Below, piece after piece: positions 22,701 to 37,343 of a stretch of 64,000 nucleotides of DNA. This DNA comes from Antedon mediterranea. Lineage: Eukaryota; Animalia; Echinodermata. Position 1 is the stretch's first letter. The number at the start of each line of letters is the position of its first letter. The notes under the pieces were generated by a model, which saw only the letters and a program-made list of their open reading frames with translations, was not told where the DNA came from and made no database searches. The stretch covers positions 6,314,201 through 6,378,200 of the forward strand of contig NC_092670.1 in NCBI RefSeq assembly GCF_964355755.1, read 5' to 3'. The translations under genes and the position numbers were made by a program.

Positions 22701-25700
22701 TTGCAGCAGAAATCATTGTGATTGAGTTTAAATTCTATTAAAGTTTTGTACGATACTGATATCATCTTTTAAACATCAAAGAGGTGTTTACACATGTCAA
22801 CTAAACTATTACAGTATTTCCCATTTAGAAATCTCATTTCCTTGATACTCTGTATGACATCAATGTCATTCTGTACATGGTGCAGTTATTAATTCTGAAG
22901 AACATGGAGATATGATCTAATTGCTAACCTTTGACCTCTAATAATCTTTGGTACATACTTATAAGACAGTAATTTTAATATTGAATTATTTATTCACACA
23001 GGTTTTTTTTATTATTATTTTCAAGAATTTCAATTCCAGATTTCAAAACATGTTATAATCATGACATGTAACATATTAATTTTTTTAAATATTTTTTTCT
23101 CCGTTTTACTCTTTTCAGAGCATTTTTAGTTGTTTACAAGCTGCATGCCATCAAAGAGTCGGAGACATTGTTACATCGTATAACACCAGTAACACAACTA
23201 TACAGTGCAATCAATGGTATATCTCAGGTAAAGGTAATAACATATTAGTAATGAAATAGGGTTCATGTATTGTAAACCAGTAAAAACTTACTTAACACAA
23301 CTATGCAATCAATGGTATACTGTACAGTATCTCAGGTAAAGGCAGTAAAATACCTTACTTAACTTGATAACTGTCAACTCGACCCAGAAACTCAACTCAA
23401 AATCAAATAACAGCTTGTATTTCCAACTAAATGTTGACACTTATACACATAATCTGATTTATTTCTAGAAGTGATTAAAAGAAACATTAAACAATTTGTT
23501 GCATTCTGCAAAATGCAGATTTGTATTAGACCTAGATTTTAGGTCCTACTGTACTGTAATATCTAAAAAGGCTTTTTAATTTAATTAATAATGGTAGTCT
23601 TATATAGTGTCTAATACATGATGTTTCTATAGCACTTTACACACAAAAATGATCCATACTGTATAATCTCCTAAGATAGCCGCAAAAAAAACCAGAAAAA
23701 AAAAACAAAGGAACCATTTACAGCACTCCTTTCTTCCACCAGAGCTACAATTTGTTCAACTGTATGAATATTTCAATAGCCGCTGGTATAATTAATAACT
23801 TTAGGTTGAACAATGCAAACACAAGAAAAACTCATGCCATATGTTAAAATTGTTATTTCAACATCTGGGAATAAAAACCATGATTGAAAAAATAAAGTTA
23901 CCAATTTTATTACTGTATGTATAAAATCCATGCAAGCCTAGGTAAATATGGTAGTCTGTGAAATGTTTGTACTGTATAAGTTTGCTAGCTACAGTATTTT
24001 AATTTAAATACCATTAGAGAACTGCAGTGTTTTTCAGAGGTAATAATAGTATAAATAAATTATGAACGTTTATGAGTTGGATGGTGAGAATATTTCATTT
24101 GAAATAGAGCAGTCAATTTTTCATCGAATGAAATATTCTCCATTCAACGAATACAAACCATTCTTTATTTTTTTTATTCAATTTATCAATCGTAAATCAT
24201 TAATGAATGCTAGGCCGGGAATCTAGGCCATTAAAAAGGCAGCTTTAGACATGGAGTAGCAATAGACAGCGCGCACAACAATTTGATTTTTCTGAATGTC
24301 ATCAGTCATCAGTCAAAATCTCAAAATGTTTACTGAAAATGCATTAAGGTGCGTACAATCTGGTGTGTTATAATATAATACAGCATACAGTACAGGAGTT
24401 GCCATAATAATAGCTAGTTACAATAAACCCTAAAAACCTTTAACAGTAGGCCTACCATGTACCGTGATCATATATAAAAAAAATTTGCCTATTTGAAGTT
24501 TATAATTAAACTCCAAATATATTGGCACCTTTGCCAATATATTTTAAACCACAATCTCAATGTATACACAGCTTAACTGACTAAAGTCAATCATAAATGT
24601 TATTATTCACATTCTGTTTTCTCAATTATTCAATCGTTATTCATTATAAATAATCAGGATCATACTGTATTTTACATACTATTATTCTATAGATGAACCT
24701 GAATGATTTCCTGCTTTCTAATTGGTTGCATTGGTTAAATCAATAAGCCAGATCACCAGGCACTGCTAATAAATGACAGTTTAAATTATTTCTCTTTATC
24801 AAAATCAATGACTGGTTTCATTGCTATTGTACAGTACACTATCGTTTTTTTGTTTAAACTGTTGTTAGTTAGTTAGTAGTAAGGTAGTTGATTCTCAGTA
24901 TCCGGTATAATTTGTTCTGTTGTACTATTCTGTAAATAGTGTCACATTGTGTATCACATGTGACGCCTGGTTCATAAGCCTACAGAAATACCCACTGTAA
25001 CCTTTACATAATACAGGTACCACATGTGATGCTGTACATGTGACACTATATCATGAAATTTGCCATGATACAGTGCATATAATTCCATGTAAAGTAATGT
25101 GGAGATGCAGTTAGAGAATGAGTCTGTAATTGACAAGGATTGTTGATAACAAATTTAATCAACATCACAGTAGGGATTCTACTCTTGTTAAACATCCTCT
25201 ATGCAAACATTTTTTTTTAGGGGAACATTTTGTCATGAGAAAATTTGATTGGATTTGAACCTGGGGTTAATGCAGGCACAAAATGATTTTTAAAAATATT
25301 TTAAAATACAGTCAATGGAATTTATATAATTAAATTTAAATCCTAAGCAAAATCTGATAATTGTTATTAAAATTTGCGCTATATTAATAATTTGACACTG
25401 ATACATTAATGAACTGTAAAAATAGTGTAATCATCATTTATTACAAATAGTGAATTCTTTTTTTAACTAAAAACTATAATATCAATATAAAAACATGTTT
25501 GTATAATATCATGTTTTTAAAACTTTAAACATTTTAAAAATTATTCAAGGTTCTGGTATTTAGGGTTAAATTGTATAGAGTTATTAATATTAATAATTAA
25601 TAGTATCATGCTTTACTAAGTTTTTAAATGTCAAATAATAAATCTTTATAATTTCCGTTCAATTGTAGCTCACAAGAGTGTAATTATATCTTGTGCTATA

Positions 25701-28700
25701 TCGAATTACCGCACTTTATCCTTGCTTCATTAGTCTTGCCTTCCTAAATTCAATTTATGCCGCAGATTCCATGTGTCAATGGTTATGTTTTCGTTCTTAA
25801 GAACATACTTAGATGTTGATTATTGCATTAAAGAAAAAACATCACTGCATTCGATTTGCAAAGTAATTTTAGTTATGGTGATAATAGCATAATTATTACT
25901 TGGCATCATGCCTAGTACACATCTTATGTTAGTTTTGTATTGTACAATAACATCTCAAGTAATATCCATCTACTGTAACTGTTAATATGAGGAAAAATTT
26001 AAATATTATTAGTACGCTCTTTCATGTCCCAATTATTTTGTTAGGATTTTCTTTTTTATGGACCCATTACTGCTGCCAAGGAAAAAATCATTGAAAAGAA
26101 TGATTTTGAATTTTTAGCTCTACAAAATAAGATTTAGTTTACTGCAGTAATTTATTATTATTTATTACGTGACCATATTCAAGTTCATTCTTGACTTTAC
26201 CAACAATTATGTGTTGCTCATGCTTTGTCATTGCAGACAGTAGATCTACAGAAATACCAAAACCATTTTTTTAAAATTCTATTCTTCAACTAAACAGGAT
26301 GTCCTTATGGTTTACACTAAAAACGTTTTAGTTTCCTTTTAAATCTTCAACTTTTTTTTCAATTTCATTTTCATAAGAATAAGAATCCATAATATTTTTC
26401 ATGTAGTTTATTTTGTGCCTAGCTTGCCTGGACAAAACGACAAATTAGCCTTTCTCCTCGAAGAGCAAGATAAACTTGAAAAGCTCTTTGAGAAAAGAAA
26501 TAATGGTGGTTTTTGGGAAGAGCATAGTTCATGGACTATACCATTTGTGGAGAAGGGTATTCAAGGGTCATTCAATCATGTACTACAGAACTGTAAATCA
26601 TAATACATCACATCACATACACAGTATGTGTTTAACAAAAACAGAAACTTTGATATTTAATAGTATTGCACATGTATCCAATCAGTATGTTAAGTAGTCT
26701 CACTGGCGCAGATCACTTTTGACGAAAAACACATCAAATTTGTATAAATCAGCCCTTTCATCTTGTTCCTAATATCCCCTACCCCCAAACATATTAGAAA
26801 TTTATCATCGCCCTTGAGTAGGCTTAATGTCTGGCAATACATCAAGTGATGATATTAATTATTACATTTATTTAATGATTTCAAAAATTGTTCAATACCC
26901 CAGCCATGCACATTTGTCAGTAATAATATCTATCTCCATTTGATGAATGATAATGAAAGTGAATCTTAACATTTTGCTTTTACGAAGGTCATTAAAATAT
27001 GACCTTCGTTTTTTATACGCAAGCATTAGGTCTGAACATACCCTTATCGATGTATAGTATACAATTACTACCAACAATTATGAAGTGTGAAAGGAGGTCA
27101 ACCTAAACTTGTTTCAAAGACTGACCACCAGCATATGTATTTTAATATCAATCTATTAATAAAATTATTGGGTACAAATTAAGATAGTGTTACTGTTCAT
27201 GTTATGTGTGGTTTAATCCCTAGTATTACAGTAGATGGAATGAGAATTGAAACCATAGTAAAATATACTGTACAATGAAACATTGTTGGATGCAACTCCT
27301 TCAAAATACAATAGCCAGTGAATAATTCTTTGTTTCTTTTATTGTTTATAGTTTTATTTCCTTAGGACGATCAAAGCATATTGATCGAAACGTTGAGAAA
27401 CTCAACAGTTTTTTTTTCAGAACTAATATACATGGTGTACCGCAAACTTTATTTCAAGTAGCACTATTATTATTATTATGTGTATTTTTTTTTAAAATAA
27501 ATTAATTTGTATCTACTGTATAGGTTGTTAAGGGTCTTAGGAAAGCTGATAATGACTATAAGCGTGATAAGCGACTAACAGGATCAAATATAATTGATGA
27601 GCAATTACAAGAGGTAAGTTGATGCAGGGTTGTTTTCAACATCTTCCCAAACCATCAGCTGTGCCAACTATCAACTCATCAACATCTTCTTAAAGTCAAC
27701 CATACTGTATCAACATCTTCCCAAACCATTGGTATCTTCTCCAATCACCAACCATTACAATATTTGCAAACCAACCATCAACCATATCATTGGTATCAAC
27801 ATTTTCCATTACCATTTGTTTCAACATCTTTCCAACACTTTTAATTATATCATTGTCAATATTTTCCCAACCCATCAACATTTTCTCCAACCATTAACCA
27901 TACCATTGGCACCTTCTCCAATTATTAATCAAACCTAACATCTTTGCCAACCATTGTTATCAGCAACCTATCCAACTGATAATCTGTACCAGTTAATTAA
28001 TATCTTTCCAAACCATTGGCATTTTCTCCAATCATATTAAACCACACTAAACATCTTCCCAATCCCTTAGAATCATCTCCAATCATCAGCCGTAACTCAT
28101 AAATCTTTGCCAACCATTGTTGTCAATGGCTACCCAAACTATTGGTATTTTCTATAAATATTAATCATATTATTGCCAACCATAATGTTACATTAACAAT
28201 TTATTTTCTCCCCAGGTTTTTGAGTTAGCGTTTAGAGATTACATTCACGACTGGTACTTCCAACTAAGTGATCACGAAGAATTTTTATACAATGTCAGAC
28301 AAACAACACAAAGTGTTATTATAACATTTGCCAACAGGTACAGTATGCTATGGAATAATTTCTAAAGAATTTTGGTATAGTTCAGATATCCACTCTCCTT
28401 AAATTGCTCGCTGTTGAATGCATGATTTTTGTTGAATGCATGATTTTTGTTAAATGTATTTTCTACTAAAATTTGTTTGTTTATGATTTTTTTTAATGAA
28501 ACATTGAAGAAATACATTCCTATTAGCCTAAAAGATCTCCAATTAAGAACCACTTAAAATATATTGAATGGTTCTAATGGTGTTATTAAATAAGAAAATA
28601 AACTGTAATTAAGCCAAGTGATTTAATGATAACCAGGACAGAGTTGAAACATTTTATATAATCAATATTTTCTAATTGGGTTAAGCAGTTGTTATAACCT

Positions 28701-31700
28701 ACAAGAGGCAATTCAAGATTTCAATATTTTGTAATGAAATGTTTATAACTGTTCTGCTTGAACTTTGACATTTGCAATCTATAAAGTCCAATCTGTAAAT
28801 CCAATCAGCTGAATGTAGACTTACAAATCCTGATGATAGCCCAAAAATATTAATTAGTTTGGATGAAAAGAGTATCTGCAGTTTTTTTAAACAATATTGT
28901 TATTTCACTTATGAATAATTTCATAATGGTAGCCAAATTGTATGTTTTTTTTTAAATGTTATAATAATTATAATTAGATATTACAATACGATAGATTTAT
29001 TAATACAATTCAATAAATGCAAGTCTATATTATAGATGTAAAAAAAGAAATACTCTTTCCAAGTTGATCTTTGTTCTTATAGATTGTCTCACCAAGATTG
29101 CTTTATGATTAAAACAGTAGACCAGTTTATTAATTCCTCAATTATTCATAGATTTCAAAGTCTTAATCAGAAATATTTTAATTTTGCACAAATCATATTT
29201 GTTATTGGTAGACATACAGTACAGTCCTTTTTTAAATTGCTTGCAGGTCTAAAAACGTAGATTGGGTTGATTATACTACAAGAAAAATAGTGGATGATTT
29301 TGCGTCACATCTGAGGATTTTTCGCAAAGCACAAGATAGACTGAAACGACAAAGACATAACGAAGGTATGTTTAATCAGAATTTTAATCATAAATATCTT
29401 TTTAATTTTGCTCATAGCATCCTATTGGCAAAAGATATAGTGTAAGATAAATATCTGTCGATATTCTATAGATAGAAGAATGGAAATTTAACATTCTGTT
29501 TATGTACTGTATTATTACTTGTCGTATTTACTGTACTTTTGCTGTAAAATAACAAATGCTGTGTTGTCACCATACGGGTGGGTCCCATCTGGCAATTAGA
29601 ATGCAAACAGACTACCACTCAGACTAAGCTCTGTCTACACATCAAACCTTATGTGATGTGCCCATATATGGACATGGTGATGTCATATCACTACCATATT
29701 TGGGTACATCACACTTTTTTAGTTTGATAGTGTAGACAGAGCTTCAGAATACAAACGGGCTACGAACAAAATCGCACAAATTATTATCTAAGGCTAGCCT
29801 AGGCCTAGACAAAGTACCTTCATGTAGTTGACTGTTGATGAGGGCACATATGGTCTATTATTCAGCATATACACTGTAAAATACAATAAACAAAATAATT
29901 GTGTTTATATTATATTAAAAGTACAATATTTTTAAGTGCTTACAAAAAAGATCTTAAGAAATAAAACATTTCATACAATCGATTATGTACAATAGAAAAA
30001 TAAATAAAAAGCCTATTTATAGAAAAACTATACAATATAATGTAATTATAGAAATAGAAAATGGATTAAAATTAATCAATATTCTGCAAACTAAACTAAT
30101 GCTCTTAAAATCTAGATTTTTACTGACATTTTTTGTGTATTTGCAATTTAATATGGTTGAACTTGAATGTAACTACTAAATGTAAAAAGCAAATTTTTTT
30201 TTCACTGATTTTTGCAGTCTGTTTTAATTTAATTTACTCACCATATGTGTATAAGATTTACAATCAATAAGTCAACGAATTAGTTTCCATAGCAACAGTT
30301 ATATAAATTATGAGAAAACATGCACTATATTTAGTAAAGTTTTTTTAGTGCTTTTATCTCTTATTTTTAAAATATTTTTATGTCTGCAAACTATCAGCCT
30401 GTTTCCAAAAATAGATACAATATTTTTCAAGTGATTAAAAATTCTCTTCTCACTCAGATACATTTTCAGCATTCTCCACCAGAATTTGAATAGTGCAGAT
30501 TGTACCTTTTATTCCTAGTAGTTCCTAATAGTTTATTTATTTTTTCACTGTGTGTACTATTATGAAATAAATGTTAAAAAGAAAATTATAGAAGTATTTA
30601 ATGCTAGCGACATTAAACATCCTGCAGTATATTTAATGGTAAACATTAATTTGGGACCTTTTAATTAGTAAGCAAAAAAAAATTCTAGTTTTGGGAAAGT
30701 TTTTGTCCGGTTCTCTGAGAGCTGATGTAATTTGTTGTTCAATTTATTTTAAAAATAAACAAATATATTTTTATTTACAGATTCAGAAGATAAGGAAATT
30801 AGTATAGAAGACATCTTCTTTGATTTAGAATTAGAGATGGAGAAAGATCTATGTAGAGATCGGATATGTACCAAAGACGAACATGAAATAGGTAATTTTA
30901 CAGTATTATCAGAAATATATTATTCACTAAAATGGCACTTAGAGCACGCAAACCACTGCCTAGGCATATGAAAATTTAATTTTGTGAGTAACTTTGTGAG
31001 TAATCCTGCTAACTAACAAAGATAGAAAGAAACACACACATACCTGATCAACCAAATAACCACTCGCCATTCTGGCGAATGAAACAATATTACTATCATA
31101 TCAAACAGATGCATAGAATTTTATTATTTTGTTATGAAAATGTGCAAAGCACATGTTTGTAATGAAAGATAAGATAATGTATTACATGCAATCTATGCAA
31201 ACAATTTGTAACATTAAAATTCAGAACAATGGAAAAAAAACAGTGATGATAAAATTGCAAATTTGTAATCATATTAAATTTCAATTTTAATTTAAAATTA
31301 TATTACATAAGGTATGGTATTTATTATTCCATAATAATACAACTGGCCATGCATGGGAAGAGCTAAAGTTAACAAATCATCATTCTTGAAATGGTGTATG
31401 TTTATTGCGTAAATGCCCTACATCCTAGTAAACTAGAATAATAATCAGCAGAGATTGTTTAAGGCCCCGTTTCTGCTGCCAAAAATATACCGTATATATA
31501 CGGTATATTTTATATACGGTATATTTTTTGGCAGCAGAAATGGGTCTCATAAAAAATATACCGTATATATTTGCGGTATATATACTGCATAAATATCCCC
31601 ATCGTTTATGGATATTATACGGTATATTCCAAAATATACCATATATTTCGTTCCCCGTTTCTGCTGCACTCAAAATATACCGTAAATGTGACCCGATCCA

Positions 31701-34700
31701 TGACACGAGGTCAAAAACTAACAGAGTGCGACGCGTTTGTTTTGGTTTTTCTGCTGCATTGAAAGTTGAAACACACGTGTAAAAGCAAGCAACAGATCAA
31801 AATGTCACTGTGGACCGAACAAATCACTATTTTTGCAATTCAATTGTGGGGGGAAGCGAAAGTTGGGGGGAGACTGCATGGCAACAGAAGAGATACCGAG
31901 ATTTTAATTACAATAAATCGAATGTTCTTACACGACAATAACGTGATGTAAAATCATGGTAAAATACTGTATAATAGAAAATGGAAATTAAAACGGCAAT
32001 ATAGGATAATATAGCATAATATAAACTCAATTTGAATAACAGAGTTTATTTATAGTGACATTTCTAGATTGTGCTTGTATGTGCGGTGTAAATTCGTTGC
32101 CGCTTCTGCTCATTAGATTTAAAATAGAAAGCAATGCTACGACGTTTTGAGAAACCATCATTGTTTTGTTTTTGTCAGCATGTACCGGTAGGTAAAAACC
32201 TCACTACACGAGGTCAATCCATACTTCCGTCTCACGAAATGCATTTTGGGTAATGAAAGCCAACTTTTTTACAACCCACCCACGAAGTATGTGCAGCGGA
32301 AACGGTGCACGAATTTCATATACGGTATATATACGGTATATTTATACGGTATATTTTGGGTTGGCAGCAGAAACGGGCCCTTAGATTTAGTTTATGAATC
32401 TCAAAGTAGACATATTCATGCTAAAGTACGGTATACAGTACATATTTTCACATACATTCTTACACAGAAAAACTATTAAGAAAATTATTGAGCTTTGAAA
32501 ATTACAAGAGGCAAGCCATGATTCAACGTTTCAATCTTTATTTGATCATCAGGAATGAAAATTACAAGATTTAGAATTTTTTTTTATGAGAGATATGATA
32601 TATGTAATTATAATATGATTCTTTTTTATTTTGTCTTAAATACAACTGATTACTAATTAGTAACAGTACTATACAAGTAATAATAAATTGTGGAAAATAA
32701 AAACAATATTACTCAACCATGTCTCTACTGTAATAACAGGTTGTTTTTCATTATAAAGATGAGCATAACAAAAAAATCTTTATAATATTCTGTGATTTAA
32801 TAGGCAAATATGCATTTAATATAGCTGCTACATTCATTCCATAGAGACATAAACTACTATTGCAATAAGTAGAATAATAATCAGAATTTTTTAGATTATA
32901 TACACTAGTTTATGAATCTAATTCGGATATACTGCTTCTGATCTCTGACAAATGGCAGACATGCTAATGAATAGCAACATCATTGCGCCTTGAGCACCAT
33001 GTGAATAATTGACTGGATTGAATATTAGAATTTATGATATCAATATATAAACTGAAATAATATTGACTTGGATATTGGCTATTAGTTGAGTTTGAAGTAA
33101 TTTTCCGATTTCCAAGATAATGTTACTTTTAATTTTCTCTTTCTTTCAAAGTATAATAAAGGCCAACATATTATTTTGCTACTCAGACAGAAGGATATTA
33201 AGCCCTTTGTCTCTATCCTTTATTCTCTGTTCACTGGGCCTTATTTTAGTTTTATAACTTTCTTTAAGCTGTGTTTTTTTACAAACTATTTAAGCACCTG
33301 GGACATGTTCCATGCCACTTTTTCAAATATGGTGAGTCATTCACAGAAACCAAATATATTTTATTATATTAATAATAATATTATGTGAGTTCCTTTTTCA
33401 CTTGGTTTGAAACAATAACTTACTTTGAAGTAGAGACCATCATTTATGATAAAAATTATTTCATTAAATCCTCCATTAGACCATTCGTTTAGACTGGGAT
33501 AATCCAATCTAAGTGCTTATTATGAACTTGAAAGGTGCCATATCCATTCACACCTAAACTATAATACAGTATTACTTTACATTAATTAATTATTTGTAAC
33601 ATATACCAATAGTCTTATAATATCCATGTGACATCTTTCTATTAATTCTCGCTGTTCGTTGAACCTACAAAAATATTTAATGCTAAATTTCGACATATTC
33701 TTACTGTCCCCTTTTTATAAATAGTACCTATTGATTCCTGTGCTCTTTTTTAACATCCAGTCAACAGTTGATTTGCAAGCAGTTTTATTCACTCTGGAAC
33801 ATTTTTTTTTAATAAATTCAAAATGTCGACATATTTAGTTGTTTCATTGATGCCAGAATAGAATAGAACATTTATTGCTTGGTTTGTACAATATTTGGAT
33901 TGGTTTTTGTGTGTGAACCAGAATCAAGGTTCACACACATGCTTATTATTAGTCAAGAGTTAATGTGCAGGGCAGGTTTTTTTGGTTAATTAAGCGTGGT
34001 TCCCACTAGCGACGCAACACAAGGACGTAACGCAACGCAAGTGAATTGACCAATCACAAGCGATGGCTTATTCGCTTGTGATTGCTAACTGTCTGTAACT
34101 TCGCTTGTCATTGGTTAAAACACTTTCATCCTTGCGTTATGTTCTAGTGGGAACCACGCTTTAAGTTTATCTACAGAATTACTGTATAGTATTAGCAATA
34201 CTGTGCAGTAATGATGGGCTGTTTGAAATGCTAATTATAGACAGACGTAGTAGATATAATGGTTAAACAGTATCATCAATGTGGAACCGTTATGCTTACT
34301 TTGTTTAATAATGATTGACTGAATTTGTACATTGACATCTGTAATTATATCAAAATTATGTGGTTAGTATTTAAGCCTGGTCTACACTATCAAACTTTCA
34401 AAAAAATGTGATGTCATATCACTACCATATTTGGGCATATCACTACCATATATGGGCACATTATTTTGAATAAAGTTTGATAGTGTAGACAAGGCTTTAG
34501 TTGGTTAATTACAAACTTACACACCTCAAATTAAACTACATTTGACATTTTTAGCTTACCATTCTTTTATACTGATATTCGGCTGCTTACAACATTTAAA
34601 TTAATTATTAATTATGTTTAAAAAATTAAAGTGTTTGACTTTGCTCTATGAAAAATATATAATTATAATATATCGACAGACAATTAATGAATTAGATACA

Positions 34701-35635
34701 GATACAGCTATATAATGAACATGAAATTTGATTTCTTGTAGCATAAAACTCCATTAAAAATTAACTACAAAGAAAAGACATAGTATGATTAGTCCATACT
34801 GTATATCTATTATATTGTAAGTGTTAAGTTCCCCTATAGTTAGAGGCAAAACACAATTCTATCGACTTATAGAACAAACAGATATTAGTATTCTTCTCAT
34901 GTTGATTTATTTTTTCCTCTTGCATTCAAAATGTTTACAAACATGTTTTTCATCCTATCAGGGTGCGTTATCATTATAATATAAATTATGAATAAATTTA
35001 GCTGGAGGCAAAAAAGAATTCTATCAAATTTACAAACGTTTTTTTTATTTCAGTGTGTGTTTAGCATTATAAATTGAAATACATTTTTTACTATTTTTAT
35101 GTAATACATTTCAGAAAGGATCAATAATGAAACAATTAATGTATGATATTTCAATTTTATGTTACGTTTGAAAGATACTGTATCTTTATAATAATTTACT
35201 AAGTATATTAATAATCCGTACTGTAATAATAAAGACGTGTACACTGTGTTGACGTTTTATTATTAGATAATACTAGTATGAAAACTATATTAGATTAAAA
35301 AAAAGGTAAATCCATGAAAATTATGATTACTGTATACAGTTACAATTAATTTAAGATCAATGAAGCAAACACCATTGTTAATGCCTAAATGATGATGGTG
35401 GTGTGTTGGGATATTCCCACTTGAGGGCAGGGTTCATGGAATGTACCATTTTCTGACAGGGGTGATTCATAAATATTTTATATATTTGAGTTATAGCTCT
35501 CTCAATGTCGGTTTATCCCGGTAAGCTAGCACTTATACTTATACTGTAGACTACCAACACCACTTTTGGTTTGTGTAATTATTTATTAGGTTATATGCAT
35601 GATATGCATATAACCTCTTGATTCTGTCAAAATCT

Positions 35636-35674
<39 letters not shown>

Positions 35675-37306
35675 TTCTTTCCTTAGCACTATTTGTCCGT
35701 GAATTATCTTGGCATCAGTTTCATCTATCTAAGTCAATTTTTCAGAGTATATTCCTTATGGCCAGGAATCGATGTGGTTATGTTTTCACGATGCGCAATC
35801 AAAAATTACGCGGTCTACGCGCGATTTAACGAAATCACGTTTGTAATCATATCTTCACAAACATGAATCACTTTTAAACAAAATTTGGTACTCATAAATT
35901 TCAGGTCATATTTCATCATATGGCAATACAATTACGTGCGTAGCGCATATAACGCATGCGTACGCGCGCTTAAAATGTTGAAAATTGTCAGAATTTATTT
36001 TCGATGAAATTAGAGTACGTTTCAGGCAATTTTAAGCGTTTAAAAAATTGCCATGAGTGCGCAGATTTTTGCACGCGCACTGCGCGTCAAACGTTAATGC
36101 GCACTGTTTGTGTCCGATTACTGTTGTATAACCTTTCTTTAATAATATCATCATATTTTATTCACTTTTCAACGCGAAACAGCGTTATACGAGCACGTCA
36201 AAAGTGACGGGCTACGCACGTGTAAGTTAACAAAATGGTGAAAATATGCTAAATTTTAAAATTAATATATATCGTTAGAATGCTCGGGAACACCTATTTT
36301 TTATTTAATTTTCTTGAAGTGTATGTATCATATGTATGATTTATTATGAAATTAGAAAAACAAAAGTTGATTAAGTCATCATTAATGGCATATTAAATTT
36401 AACAACATTAATTTCGACAATCAAACAAATTATAACATTTTCTTAGGCCAAAATAACAAACTTAACGTTAACTTTCTTCCTTAAGAAGTTCATATATTAA
36501 AGTTAAAAGTATATAGTTTGACAGTGCATCATTTTTTTAAATTTTTAAAGATGTCATCATAGTAAAACATTATAATTCATTGCGGTATGTAATAATCTAT
36601 CTGCACCAAAGTGGTTACTGCATAGTAAATACACGGAGGAATTTTTCTCCAACTTTTAGTCAGTTGTGTATGGCTCGATGGTCTGTGCTCGTGTCAATGG
36701 CATTTAAGGTACCGAGTTCGAGTCTCACCTTGGGAAACGAAATAAGATTTTTTTTTTATTACCCGTATTGTTCAAATTTATTTCTTAGTGTATAGATTAT
36801 ACACATGATTTATAATGAAATCTAGATAAAAAGTTACTTTATGTCTTTATTATTATGTAACAACAAATGCGGTTTATGACAATATACGCAGAGGGATCTT
36901 TGATCGGATTGTGATACCGGCTATGGTGTTCGCGTTAGCAAGGTCCTATCATATATTATAAATAATTAAAGATTCTGAGAAAATCAATCAATCAATATAT
37001 CTTTTAAAAATCAATTATCTTTATTTAAATCAATGCATATAACCTATAATTCGTCATAGTGACGAATTAAATCTAGTTTTGGTTATTTTTCTTTTCAGAA
37101 TATCTTCAAAGTATCTGTGAGCTTCTTTTATTCTTACTTCTACCAGCTGATGACTTTCATAGCAAACATTTTAGGTTTATAATTCGCGAGGTGCTAGTAT
37201 TTGGAGTCATTCGGCCGATTATAGAAATGGTCGTGGACCCTGATTATATAAATCAAACCATTGTCTGGTGGGTGAGTACAATTAGTTGTTTTTATTATTC
37301 TATATT

Positions 37307-37343
<37 letters not shown>

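Noticed and set aside
31425-32479. Cluster of short ORFs
   Set aside because: They arise from the palindromic repeats of the MITE; no transposase motifs
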